Source of the DNA: Octopus sinensis
Lineage: Eukaryota
Length of the DNA stretch: 64,000 nucleotides
Assembly (NCBI RefSeq): GCF_006345805.1
Contig: NC_043002.1
Span: 47,244,001-47,308,000, forward strand
Direction: 5' to 3'
Shown here piece by piece: positions 12,198 to 24,632 of this stretch. Position 1 is the first letter of the stretch. Each line of letters starts with the position of its first letter. The notes under the pieces were generated by a model, which was given only the letters and a program-made list of their open reading frames with translations, was not told the DNA's origin and did not search any database. A program made the translations under genes and the position numbers.

Positions 12198-13623
12198 GTG
12201 TGTGTGTGTGTTTGTGTGTCTGTGTTTGTCCCCCCAACATCGCTTGACAACCGATGCTGGTGTGTTTACGTCCCCGTAACTTAGCGGTTCGGCAAAAGAG
12301 ACCGATGGAATAAGTACTAGGCTTACAAAGAATAGGTCTTGGGGTCGATTTGCTCGACTAAAGGCAGTGCTCCAGCATAGTCGCAGTCAAATGACTGAAA
12401 CGAGTAAAAGAGTAAAGAGTCAATAAATACTTGTCATTACATTTTTAATCAACCAAATATAAACCATTTTGTTGCGTAATGCGTCTCCATCTTTCCTTTA
12501 ACTTGAAAATGCCCTCTTGCCAGAATTGAGGTGGTTTCATGGAAAAGAATTCATCAAGATATCTTTTTACGTCATCCAAGGAATTGAAATTTGTACCATT
12601 AAGGCTATTCTGCAGAGACCTGAATAAGTGGAAATCCGAAGGTGAATATGGGGGGCGGGGAACACATCCCAGCCGAGCTGCAGCAATTTTTGGTTCCCAA
12701 AGAATCGTGCGGTCTTGCATTATCATGTTGGAAAACAACACCCTTCCTGTTGGCCAATTCTGGACGTTTCTCTTGAATTGCTATCTTTAACTCGTCCATT
12801 GTGTGCAGTATTTCTCAGAATCAATTGACCGGTTACTTGGAAGAAGCTCATAGTAGAGAACTCCTTTCCAATCCCACCAGACACAGAGCAAGACATTTTT
12901 AGGGTGAAAACCCGCTTTTGGGGTAGCTGAGGATGGCTCATGTCGCTTACTCCAGGATCGCTTTCTCTGAACATTTCGGTAGATAATCTATTTCTCATCA
13001 CTTGTCACAATCTGCTTTAAAAAAGGCGCGTTTTCATTCCGCTTATAAAGCGAATCACAGATGGAAATAAGATCCAAAAGGTTCTTCTCACTCAACTCAT
13101 GTGGTACCCAAACATCACAACAATTTGTGTACCCAAGCTTTACCAGGTGCTCATGAATGACGGATTTGGATAGGTTGAGGCTTTCTGCCAGATCTCGGGT
13201 TTTGCAATGTGGGTTATTCTCAATTAATGACTTGATTTGGCCATCATCTGTAGTAGATGGTCGGCGTGATCGCTCTTCATCAATAAGACTACAATCTCCA
13301 TCTGCGAACCACTTCCATACAGTTCCTTCCGTTAAAGAAACATCACAGTAAACTGCGCATATTTCTTTGGTTGCTTGTGAGGCAGTTTTCCCATTATGGA
13401 AAAAGAAAAGCATCAAGTGCCGAAAATGAACTTTTTTATCTTCCATTTTAAAGGGTTACAGAATTAACACAGATTATAGGAACATAAACTTTCTTCCACG
13501 AAAAGATAGCTTAAACTGTGCTCTAAATGGAGGTGTAGTCAAATCCTATTTTATGGACTCAACCATGTTTTAAAAAAGTCGAATGTTAAGCTACTATTAA
13601 TCGGCACGAACTTTCCAGACAAC

Positions 13624-13627
<4 letters not shown>
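11928..13627 (-). mobile_element. Mariner family A (mellifera-like), defective, interrupted by a SINE
   Basis: TIRs ttgggttgtccggaatgttcgtgccga / tcggcacgaactttccagacaacccaa with TA on both sides; MEDKKVHFRHLMLFFF, WVPHEL, TSDEK, HDNARPH. Confidence 0.9.
11971..12417 (+). mobile_element. tRNA-derived octopus-type SINE inserted in mariner A
   Basis: A box tggctgtgtgg, B box ggttcagtccc, internal (TA)/(TG) tract, tail gactgaaacgagtaaaagagtaaagagt; inverse copy at 29925-30370. Confidence 0.85.
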
Positions 13628-13670
<43 letters not shown>

Positions 13671-13672
<2 letters not shown>

Positions 13673-14447
13673 AATGGTTGTATACTGTCAATCTAACAAG
13701 AACGTGACAGTAGGGGGTACACCACCGCTGTATAGCCCTAGGAAGCATCGAACGCCTCCTGATAGCTTTGACACATTTTTTTCCCCCTGTGTCCTTATAT
13801 ACATATACGAAGGGGAGACAAACACCCCCGGCCGCCGGAACTGCATCTAGGGACACCGTGTTTCAGGATCGTTGTCCTTCATGTCTCCCCTTCGTATATG
13901 TATATAAGGACACAGGGAAAAATATGTGTCAAAGCTATCAGGAGGCGTTCGATGCTTCCTAGGGCTATACAGCGGTGGTGTACCCCCTACTGTCACGTTC
14001 TTGTTAGATTGACAGTATACAACCATTCTATCGTCCCACCACCGTACATGTCTCTACGAGAGATTTAGAAATTCAATATTTCTTATTTTGATAATCAGTG
14101 AATAAACTTCACTGAATATATGTATATACAATTACGAAGTCGAGGCAAATATCACCAGCTGACCGGTGTCAGCTACTCTAGGCCGATGAAGGACAACGAT
14201 CCTGAAACACGGTGTCCCTAGATGCAGTTCCGGCGGCCGGGGGTGTTTGTCTCCCCTTCGTATATGTATATAAGGACACAGGGGAAAAAATGTGTCAAAG
14301 CTATCAGGAGGCGTTCGATGCTTCCTAGGGCTATACAGCGGTGGCGTACCCCCTACTGTCACGTTCTTGTTAGATTGACAGTATACGACCATTCTATCGC
14401 CCCACCACCGTACATGTCTCTACGAGAGATTTAGAAATTCAATATTT

Positions 14448-14452
<5 letters not shown>
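13671..14452 (+). mobile_element. ORF-less HHR-bearing repeat: inverted 5' part plus 366-bp tandem unit (pLTR/retrozyme-like)
   Basis: 13671-13882 is the reverse complement of about 14187-14397; 13883-14080 is repeated at 14249-14450. Confidence 0.8.
14178..14221 (+). ncRNA. Type I hammerhead ribozyme with CCGAUGA core variant
   Basis: Stem I ctagg/cctag, stem II agga/tcct, GAAA, stem III acac/gtgt, GUC ending at 14216. Confidence 0.7.
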
Positions 14453-14490
<38 letters not shown>

Positions 14491-14543
14491 ATATGTAAGT
14501 ATGTATGTATGTATGTATGTATGTATATATCTATATATATATA

Positions 14544-14594
<51 letters not shown>

Positions 14595-14638
14595 TGTATA
14601 TATGTATATATATTTCAGTATGTATACATATGTATATA

Positions 14639-15761
14639 TCAGGTCATTCCACAAGTTCTGTCAGATTTTACCTTTTTTAAAATTGAATGAAATTTAATAG
14701 TATTTTAGAATGTCTAATGGAATTAAATATTATTTTACAGAATAATAGAATTAAAATTTCTTTGATTAAAACACTTTCTAACGTGGAAGTATTCAAAGAG
14801 CATTTAAGGCACATAATGCTTTATGAGTACAAAGAAAGGAAACTCTGCACCTGAAGCAACTCGAAACATGTACTCAGTTTATGGGAAAGAATGCATGAAT
14901 GAAGGAACTTGCAAAAGATGGTTTGCGAAATTCAGAAGTGGAGATTTCAACCCTGAAGATGAAGATCGAACCGGACGTCCAGTTGAGTTTGATGATAAGC
15001 ACCTTGAGGTATTACTTAAAGAAAATCCTGCATAATCATTTGAAAAACTGACAATAAAATGAGTTCAACCATACAACTGTTCATCATCATCTTCAACAAC
15101 TTGGAAAGATTCTTAAACTTGGAAAAGTTATCAACTTAGAGCAGATATCAACTTAGTGGCTTGGTAAAATGGAAGAAACCTCAACCATAACCTAGAAGGG
15201 AACTTCATGGAAAAAAGGTCCTTCTCTCCGTCTGGTGGGATTGCAAAAGCGTAATTCACTTTGAATTGTTACCACTTAATGCAACAATCAATGCTCAAGT
15301 CTACCGTCAGCAACTAGAGCGTTTGAACCAAGTTTTGCAGAAAAAAAGACCCGCTTTAGTGAATCGAAAAGGAGTAATGTTTCATCAGGACAATGCGCGA
15401 CCCCACACTGCAGAGATCGCATCACAGAAGATCGAAGAGCTTAGTTGGGAAAGAAATTCCTCATCCACCTTATTCTCCAGACCTTGCTCCTTCAGACTAC
15501 CATTTGTTTCGTAGTTTAAAAATCATTTGGGGGACATAATTTTCGAAAGCCAGGAGGACGTCGAAACTGACATTTCAGAGTTCTTCATTTTGAATCCAAA
15601 AGAGTTTTACATTGATTGGATTAAAAAGCTTGAAAATAGATGGAAGAAAGTCATAGATAATCAGGAAAAGTAAATTGATGATTAAATTTCAATTCAAGAT
15701 AACATTTAAACACCTTGTTTTCTTTATTCCTAATTCGGAGAGAACTTATGGCATGACCTGA
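14639..15761 (+). mobile_element. Mariner family B copy 1, defective
   Basis: TIR tcaggtcattccacaagttctgtc / gagaacttatggcatgacctga flanked by TA; KRWFAKFRSGDF, HQDNARPH, PPYSPDLAPSDY. Confidence 0.9.
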
Positions 15762-15784
15762 TATATATATCAGGTCATGCCATA

Positions 15785-16622
15785 GCCGAGCTGCAGCAAT
15801 TTTTGTCTGATTCCGAAAGAAACGTGCGTTCTTGCATTATCATGTTGGAAAACAACACCCTCCCTGTTGGCCAATTCTGGACGTTTCTCTTGAATTGCTG
15901 CTTTTAACTCGTCCATTGTGTGCAGTATTTCTCAGAATCAATTGACTGGTTACTTGGAAGAAGCTCATAGTAGAAGATTCCTTTCCAATCCCACCAGACA
16001 CAGAGCAAGACATTTTTAGGGTGAAAACCCGCTTTTGGGTAGCTGAGGATGGCTCATGTCGCTTACTCCAGGATCGCTTTCTCTGAACATTTCGGTAGAT
16101 AATTCATTTCTCATCACTTGTCACAATCTGCTTTAAAAAAGGCGCGTTTTCATTCCGTTTATAAAGCGAATCACAGATGGAAATAGGATCCAAAAGGTTC
16201 TTCTCACTCAACTCATGTGGTACCCAAACATCACAGCAATTTGTGTACCTAAGCTTTACCAGGTGCTCATGAATGACGGATTTGGATAGGTTGAGGCTTT
16301 CTGCCAAATCTCGGGTTTTGCAATGTGGGTTATTCTCAATTAATGACTTGATTTGGCCATCATCTATAGTAGATGATCTGCGTGATCGCTCTTTATCAAC
16401 AAGACTGCAATCTCCATCACGGAACCTTGCAAACCCCTTCCATACAGTTCCTTCGGATAAAGAAACATCACTGTAAACTGCGCATATTTCTTTGGTTGCT
16501 TGTGAGGCATTTTCCCCTTCATGAAAAAGGAAGAGCATCAAGTACCGAAAATGAACTTTCTTATCTTCCATTTTAAAGGGTTAACAGAATTAACACAGGT
16601 TATAGGAACTTAAACTTTCCTT
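15785..16622 (-). mobile_element. Truncated mariner A fragment, copy 1
   Basis: Highly similar to 12672-13495; ORF MEDKKVHFRYLMLF...TSDEK. Confidence 0.9.
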
Positions 16623-16762
16623 CTCTTATGTTTCCGACGAAGAGCTCCGCTCGAAACGTTAAACCTTCGAAACGTTCTTTCCTTCCTTCCTGATTGTCCA
16701 ACAATACTATATTTGTTCCACGTCCTCGCGTTGTTGTGTTTTTTGTGTTTTCGTGTTTGGAT

Positions 16763-16770
<8 letters not shown>
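16623..16770 (+). mobile_element. Short PLE pLTR-like repeat with minimal HHR motif at 16630-16665
   Basis: gttt-CCGACGA-A-gagc(tcc)gctc-GAAAC-GTT-aaac; repeated at 18845-18880. Confidence 0.55.
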
Positions 16771-16800
<30 letters not shown>

Positions 16801-16852
16801 CGTATGTAGGTATATATGTATATAGATTTCAATATGTATATATATGTATATA

Positions 16853-17975
16853 TCAGGTCATTCTACAACTTCTGTCTGATTTTCCTTTTTTAAAATTGAA
16901 TGAAATTTAATAGTATTTTAGAATGTCTAATGGAATTAAATATTATTTTACAGAATAATAGAATTAAAATTTCTTTGATTAAAACACTTTCTAACGTGGA
17001 AGTATTCAAAGAGCATTTAAGGCACATAATGCTTTATGAGTACAAAAAAAGGAAACTCTGCACCTGAAGCAACTCGAAACATGTACTCAGTTTATGGGAA
17101 AGAATGCATGAATGAAGGAACTTGCAAAAGATGGTTTGCGAAATTCAGAAGTGGAGACTTCAACCTTGAAGATGAAGATCGAACCGGACGTCCAGTTGAG
17201 TTTGATGATAAGCACCTTGAGGTATTACTTAAAGAAAATCCTGCATAATCATTTGAAAAACTGACAATAAAATGAGTTCAACCATACAACTGTTCATCGT
17301 CATCTTCAACAACTTGGAAAGATTCTTAAACTTGGAAAAGTTATCAACTTAGAGCAGATATCAACTTAGTGGCTTGGTAAAATGGAAGAAACCTCAACCA
17401 TAACCTAGAAGGGAACTTCATGGAAAAAAGGTCCTTCTCTCCGTCTGGTGGGATTGCAAAAGCGTAATTCACTTTGAATTGTTACCACTTAATGCAACAA
17501 TCAATGCTCAAGTCTACCGTCAGCAACTAGAGCTTTTGAACCAAGTTTTGCAGAAAAAAAGACCCGCTTTAGTGAATCGAAAAGGAGTAATGTTTCATCA
17601 GGACAATGCGCGACCCCACACTGCAGAGATCGCATCACAGAAGATCGAAGAGCTTAGTTGGGAAAGAAATTCCTCATCCACCTTATTCTCCAGACCTTGC
17701 TCCTTCAGACTACCATTTGTTTCGTAGTTTACAAAATCATTTGGGGGACATAATTTTCGAAAGCCAGGAGGACGTCGAAACTGACATTTCAGAGTTCTTC
17801 ATTTTGAATCCAAAAGAGTTTTACATTGATTGGATTAAAAAGCTTGAAAATAGATAGAAGAAAGTCATAGATAATCAGGAAAAGTAAATTGATGATTAAA
17901 TTTCAGTTCAATATAACATTTAAACACCTTGTTTTCTTTATTCCTAATTCGGACAGAACTTATGGCATGACCTAA
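16853..17975 (+). mobile_element. Mariner family B copy 2, defective
   Basis: Near-identical to copy 1 at a 2214-bp offset, with the same lesions. Confidence 0.9.
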
Positions 17976-17998
17976 TATATATATCAGGTCATGCCATA

Positions 17999-18838
17999 GC
18001 CGAGCTGCAGCAATTTTTGTCTGGTTCCGAAAGAAACGTGCGTTCTTGCATTATCATGTTGGAAAACAACACCCTCCCTGTTGGCCAATTCTGGACGTTT
18101 CTCTTGAATTGCTGCTTTTAACTCGTCCATTGTGTGCAGTATTTCTCAGAATCAATTGACTGGTTACTTGGAAGAAGCTCATAGTAGAGAATTCCTTTCC
18201 AATCCCACCAGACACAGAGCAAGACATTTTTAGGGTGAAAACCCGCTTTTGGGGTAGCTGAGGATGGCTCATGTCGCTTACTCCAGGATCGCTTTCTCTG
18301 AACATTTCGGTAGATAATTCATTTCTCATCACTTGTCACAATCTGCTTTAAAAAAGGCGCGTTTTCATTCCGTTTATAAAGCGAATCACAGATGGAAATA
18401 GGATCCAAAAGGTTCTTCTCACTCAACTCATGTGGTACCCAAACATCACAGCAATTTGTGTACCTAAGCTTTACCAGGTACTCATGAATGACGGATTTGG
18501 ATAGGTTGAGGCTTTCTGCCAAATCTCGGGTTTTGAAATGTGGGTTATTCTCAATTGATGACTTGATTTGGCCATCATCTGTAGTAGATGATCTGCGTGA
18601 TCGCTCTTTATCAACAAGACTGCAATCTCCATCACGGAACCTTGCAAACCACTTCCATACAGTTCCTTCGGATAAAGAAACATCACCGTAAACTGCGCAT
18701 ATTTCTTTGGTTGCTTGTGAGGCATTTTCCCCTTCATGAAAAAAGAAAAGCATCAAGTGCCGTAAATGAACTTTTTTATCTTCCATTTTAAAGGGTTAAC
18801 AGAAGTAGCACAGGTTATAGGAACTTAAACTTTCCTTC
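17999..18838 (-). mobile_element. Truncated mariner A fragment, copy 2
   Basis: Same breakpoints as 15785-16622, 2214-bp offset. Confidence 0.9.
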
Positions 18839-18975
18839 TCTTATGTTTCCGACGAAGAGCTCCGCTCGAAACGTTAAACCCTCCTTCTTTCCTTCCTTCC
18901 TGATTGTCCAACAATACTATATTTGTTCCACGTCCTCGCGTGTTTGTGTTTTTTTGTGCTTTCGTGTTTGGATTA
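18839..18975 (+). mobile_element. Second copy of the short HHR-motif repeat
   Basis: Matches 16623-16770. Confidence 0.55.
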
Positions 18976-19045
18976 ACTATATATATATATGTTCGTATGT
19001 AGGTATATATGTATATAGATTTCAATATGTATATATATGTATATA

Positions 19046-20236
19046 TCAGGTCATTCTACAAGTTCTGTCCGATTTTACCTTTTTTAAAATTGAATGAAAT
19101 TTAATAGTATTTTAGAATGTCTAATGGAATTAAATATTATTTTACAGAATAATAGAATTAAAATTTCTTTGATTAAAACACTTTCTAACATGGAAGTATC
19201 CAAAGAGCATTTAAGGCACATAATGCTTTATGAGTATAAAAAAAAGGAAACTCTGCACCTGAAGCGACTTGAAACATGTACTCAGTTTATGGGAAAGAAT
19301 GCAAGAATGAAGGAAATTGCAAAAGATGGTTTGCGAAATTCAGAAGTGGAGACTTCAACCTTGAAGATGAAGATCGAACCGGACGTCCAGTTGAGTTTGA
19401 TGATAAGCATCTTGAGGTATTACTTAAAGAAAATCCTGCATAATCATTTGAAAAACTGACAATAAAATGAGTTCAACCATGCAACTGTTCATCGTCATCT
19501 TCAACAACTTGGAAAGATTCTTAAACTTCGAAAGTGGGTGCCTCATGAATTGTGCAAAAGCAACCGCAAATCTCGAGTTGATATCTGCTTTTCTCTCCAT
19601 TCTCGCGAACTCATTTGCCCCTTTTTGGATAGACTTGTGGCTGCTGACGAAAAATGAATCTTCTATAGAAATGTGAAATGTTAAAAAAGGTTCTCTCCGT
19701 CTGCTGGGATTGCAAAAGCGTAATCCACTTTGAATTGTTACCACCTAATGCAACAATCAATGCTCAAGACTACCGTCAACAATTAGAGCGTTTGAACCAA
19801 GTTTTGCAGAAAAAAAGACCCGCTTTAGTTACTCGAAAAGGAGTAATGTTTCATCAGGGCAATGCGCGACCCCACACTGCAAAGATCGCATCACAGAAGA
19901 TCGAAGAGCTTAGTTGGGAAAAAATTCCTCATCCACCTTATTCTCCAGACCTTGGTCCTCCAGACTACCATTTGTTTCGTAGTTTACAAAATCATTTGGG
20001 GGACATAACTTTCGCAAGCCAGGAGGACGTCGAAACAGAAAAACAGACATTTCAGAGTTCTTCACTTTGAAACCAAATGAGTTTTATATTGATTGGATTA
20101 AAAAGCTTGTAAATAGATGGAAGGAAGTCATAGATAATCAGGGAAAGTAAATTAATGATTAAATTTCAATTCATATAACATTTGAACACATGTTTTCTTT
20201 ATTCAAAATTCGGCCAGAACTTATGGGATGATCTGA
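19046..20236 (+). mobile_element. Mariner family B copy 3, defective, more complete centre
   Basis: TIRs tcaggtcattctacaagttctgtccga / cggccagaacttatgggatgatctga; keeps the WVPHEL region lost in copies 1 and 2. Confidence 0.9.
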
Positions 20237-20237
20237 T

Positions 20238-20239
20238 AA

Positions 20240-20271
<32 letters not shown>

Positions 20272-20464
20272 TATATATAGTATATATATATATATATATT
20301 ATATATATATATATATTATATATGTATATATATATATGTATATATCTATATGTATATATATATATGTATATATCTATATGTATTTTATCCATACATACAT
20401 ATATATATATATATATAATATGTATATATATAATATATATATATGTATATATATATAATATATG

Positions 20465-20506
<42 letters not shown>

Positions 20507-20529
20507 TATTATGTATATATATATCTATA

Positions 20530-20560
<31 letters not shown>

Positions 20561-20737
20561 GATATATATATATTATATATATGTATATATATAATATATA
20601 TATATATGTATATTATATATATATTATATATATTATATATATTATATATATATGTATATAATATATATATATATATATCTATATATATATATATATGTAT
20701 TATATATCTATATATATATATGTATATAATATATATA

Positions 20738-20787
<50 letters not shown>

Positions 20788-20856
20788 CTATATGTATATG
20801 CCTATATATGTATATATATCTATATATCTATCTATATATATATACATATATATATA
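20238..20856. repeat. About 620-bp (TA)n-rich tract
   Basis: Direct reading. Confidence 0.95.
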
Positions 20857-22160
20857 GTTGAAAAGTGTCGTTATAGGTATAAGTATACCATAAACAATTA
20901 TAGAAAAATGGTGGAGAAAAGTGTGGTATCAAATTTAGATTAATACAAAATAAGTTTCAATTCACCTATGGTCAAACACACTGGAAACTATTAAATGGTT
21001 TCAATGCTTAAGCGACTAGAATAAATCAAAATTCTTCCAATTTGACATTGACAGTTACTATCAATTGATTAGTCCTATTCTACTTAATAAGGCTCTTATT
21101 TTTGCAAAGAATAGGATTAACTTATTAATGAAGGAAATAAGAGTTATACTTGAGGCGAGGAAGACCATAATTCATCACCAAGGAAAATTTTAGACTAGAA
21201 AGGACACAACAAATTGCTTTGATATACCAATGGGCGCGCAAGACTCAGCCGAAGTCATATACTTAGGATTTATTTACTACACCTAATCCATGAAGAACTC
21301 ACAGGTGGTCACTATAGGGATGATGCTCTGTTTGTAGTTCGAAATGCCTCTAACCGTAAAATCGAAAGATATCAGAAGAGATTACATAAATTTGTCAAAA
21401 GCCATGGACTTACCATCACCATCGAACAGGATCACACTTCTGTGAACTTCTTGGATGCAAATTTTAACCTCACTACTTCAGCTTACCAACCATACCATAA
21501 GCCTAATAGCAATATTAATTATATTCATGTGCATAGCAATCATCCTTCTAATAATCTTGATTACATACCTTATAACATTGAAAATAAGAATTAACTCATT
21601 ATCCTCAAATGAAGAAATTTTTAATAAGCATAAATACTATTTCAATCTGGCTCTTAGGTGTGCTGGTTATAAATATCAAATTAAGTACAACAAATTTAGC
21701 AATGAATTTTCCAATCATAGCAATTGCTTTTGACAAATTTATGTAATCTCTTCTGATATCTTTCGATTTTACGGTTAGAGGCATTTCGAACTACAAACAG
21801 AGCATCATCCCTATGATATGAATTTCAATAACCACACCACAATTTCTTGATACCATCACGAATTGGAACACCCTGGCACACAACTTAACTCTATGAAGTA
21901 TATTTGTAAAGATAACTCCACCATAAAAAAGAAAAGTTTTAACAGCTATGGACCAAATAACAAGACTTTTACTAACCAGATTTCTACCAATACCTATATT
22001 TCTATGATGATAAACAATTGTAATGTCACAGGCAGTCATTGCGAGAAAAAAACATTAATATAGCCGGAAATAGTAACACACAAAAAATCTCTTATTTCTT
22101 CGCATAATCTTAATTCCCCACACAACTACATAACCAACTTTAATGATGTCCAATATTTTC

Positions 22161-22216
<56 letters not shown>

Positions 22217-23090
22217 TAGAAGAAGAAGAAGAAGAAGAAGAAGAAGAAGAAGAAGAAGAAGAAGAAGAAGAAGAAGAAGAAGAAGAAGAAGAAGAAGAAG
22301 AAGAAAAAGAAGAGAGGTAAAAAGAAACCTATAACTTTTATTCGAATAGGCGACCCGTCTAATAAAAACCACCATACCAATAAGAAACACAATAATAACA
22401 TTATTTGGATTATATTTCCTTTTGCTAAACATTGGTAGTCTTATTTTATAAACTCTATTCGTTCTATTATTACACCAAATTTTAGTAAATCTAGGTAAAC
22501 CGGGATATTCAATAACCGAATGATTAGATTTGGCTTTTCTGTTTCTCCTAACTTATTTAGGATTATTTCTTCCTTTAACAATAGAAAACTAAATCTTTAC
22601 TGCAAGAATTTAACCCCCTCTACTACTTATACTAACCCCAATTATTCAAGTAGCTCTGTATCTTCTACCAACGATTCCCATGCTCACACAAACTCTTCCT
22701 CTATCAACACACATACACACAACAATTGTACGTCTACTATTAGTAACAATTGTAACTGTGGAAACCCTAACACCTGTGAGGTTATAGGTAATTGTAAAAC
22801 GAAAAAGGCTGTATATAAAGCTACTATTACAACACATGATCTCTTCAGGTTTCATTATATAGATTGCAAGCAGACCCCTCTTAAATTACGTTTGAATACT
22901 CATAAATCATCTTTAAAATGATCCTTGGAAAGAAAGTAGTACTAGATTATCCATAAAGGTATGGCAACTTAAAAGAGACAACAAAAATTACTGTTTCTTG
23001 GAATATTGTTTCTTCTGCCCCCTCTTATAGGATTAGAAATAGAACTCGCCCTTTATGCCTTGAAGAGTCTTATTATTTGCTCTCGCTGTT
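20857..23090 (+). mobile_element. Second Penelope-like (Naiad-like) element, degenerate
   Basis: IPMGAQDSAEV, GHYRDDALF, VNFLDANFNL, YHKPNS; CNCGNPNTCEVIGNC zinc motif then AVYKATI GIY-YIG-like region; (AAT)n(AAG)n tract at 22162-22318. Confidence 0.85.
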
Positions 23091-23197
23091 TTTTTATGAA
23101 TTTGATGAATCTTTATTAGAAATCATTTTTTCTCTTTTTTTAGACCTCTCAAAAAGTTTGAATTGTCCTTTTTTGAACATATTTTCCCTATGTATAT

Positions 23198-23272
<75 letters not shown>

Positions 23273-23273
23273 T

Positions 23274-23351
<78 letters not shown>

Positions 23352-23364
23352 TATGTATATATAT

Positions 23365-23450
<86 letters not shown>

Positions 23451-23452
23451 AT

Positions 23453-23700
23453 GGAAAAAAGTCAAGATAGAAAATGGTAAAATAATTTTATAAAGAACAT
23501 TTCAATACCAGTTTCAGTCATTGAGACTTTTTCAACTGTAACAATTAAACAATTAAATTTAGAAAAATTAAAAGAAAAGTTTTTTTAAAAGAATATTTGT
23601 ATAGTATTCAAATACAAGTGGCATTTTCCTTGTTTCTGCCTGTCTTTGTCTCTCTTGTTTACTCTTGTGGGTTCGAAGTCGTTGTGAATTCTTGGTAAGG
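23453..23700 (-). mobile_element. PLE 3'-end/pLTR fragment with degenerate HHR-like motif
   Basis: Same family as the arms at 43951-44372. Confidence 0.6.
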
Positions 23701-23927
23701 AAGAAGAAGAAGAAGAAGAAGAAGAAGAAAAGAAGAAGAAGAAGAAGAAGATGGCGGAGGAGGAGGAGGAGGAGGAGGAGGAGGAGGAGAAGAAGAAGAA
23801 GAAGAAGAAGAAGAAGAAGAAGAAGAAGAAGAAGAAGAAGAAGAAGAAGAAGAAGAAGAAGAAGAAGAAGAAGAAGAAGAAGAAGAAGAAGAAGAAGAAG
23901 AAGAAGAAGAAGAAGAAGAAGAAGAAG
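23700..23927. repeat. (AAG)n/(GAG)n trinucleotide tract
   Basis: Direct reading. Confidence 0.95.
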
Positions 23928-24543
23928 CTCTTATATTTATGGTAAAAGAAAATATTCATTATTTATTGTAGCATGTTTATTATTTATAACACATATTAAT
24001 ACATTTAGAGAAAGTTGTACCGAATCTTTCAGTGATGAAATTGGACAGATTCTATGCGTAGTACAATACAAAAATGTTAACCATCCTTTGAAGTTTCATA
24101 AAGTGGATATTAATAAATTTATTTTCGAAAATCTGAATAAATTACATGTTTTAGTGGTTGAATAATAAGCATGGTACTATCCAAATTGGTAAGAGCAATT
24201 CTCAAGCCATTTTAGTGGCAGATATTAATTTATTCAATAGGTTGAAACGTTTTAATCAAGACAGTAGGGCTATTCATATTTATTAGTAAATTTATTTTAT
24301 GTCAAAACGTGTTGAAGAACGTTAAAGATATTTTTTAGTAAATATTAATAACTTCACAAAGATTATTTCGCTGTCGAACATGTCGAAGTCTGTATCAATC
24401 GATGAAAACAAGGTAAAGTAAAAGCTAATTTGTTATGTATACTTATGCGAAAGTGATACGTAAATGTAACGATATATGCTATGTGAAGAGCTTAAGTCTG
24501 TGCGCTAAATAAAAATATATATATATATAAATCTCATTGATGT

Positions 24544-24632
24544 TTAGGAAAGTGAAATATATCTCTCTAGCATCTGAACAGTTAGTAAAGCAAGAATTAT
24601 TATTGAGAACATTATATTCCGGCTTGCAGCGC
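24544..24632 (-). CDS. Terminal coding exon of paralog 2: GAASRNIMFSIIILALLTVQMLERYISLS*
   Basis: Acceptor gtatttttcttttcttttgtag; gap-free homology to 1801-1889. Confidence 0.8.
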
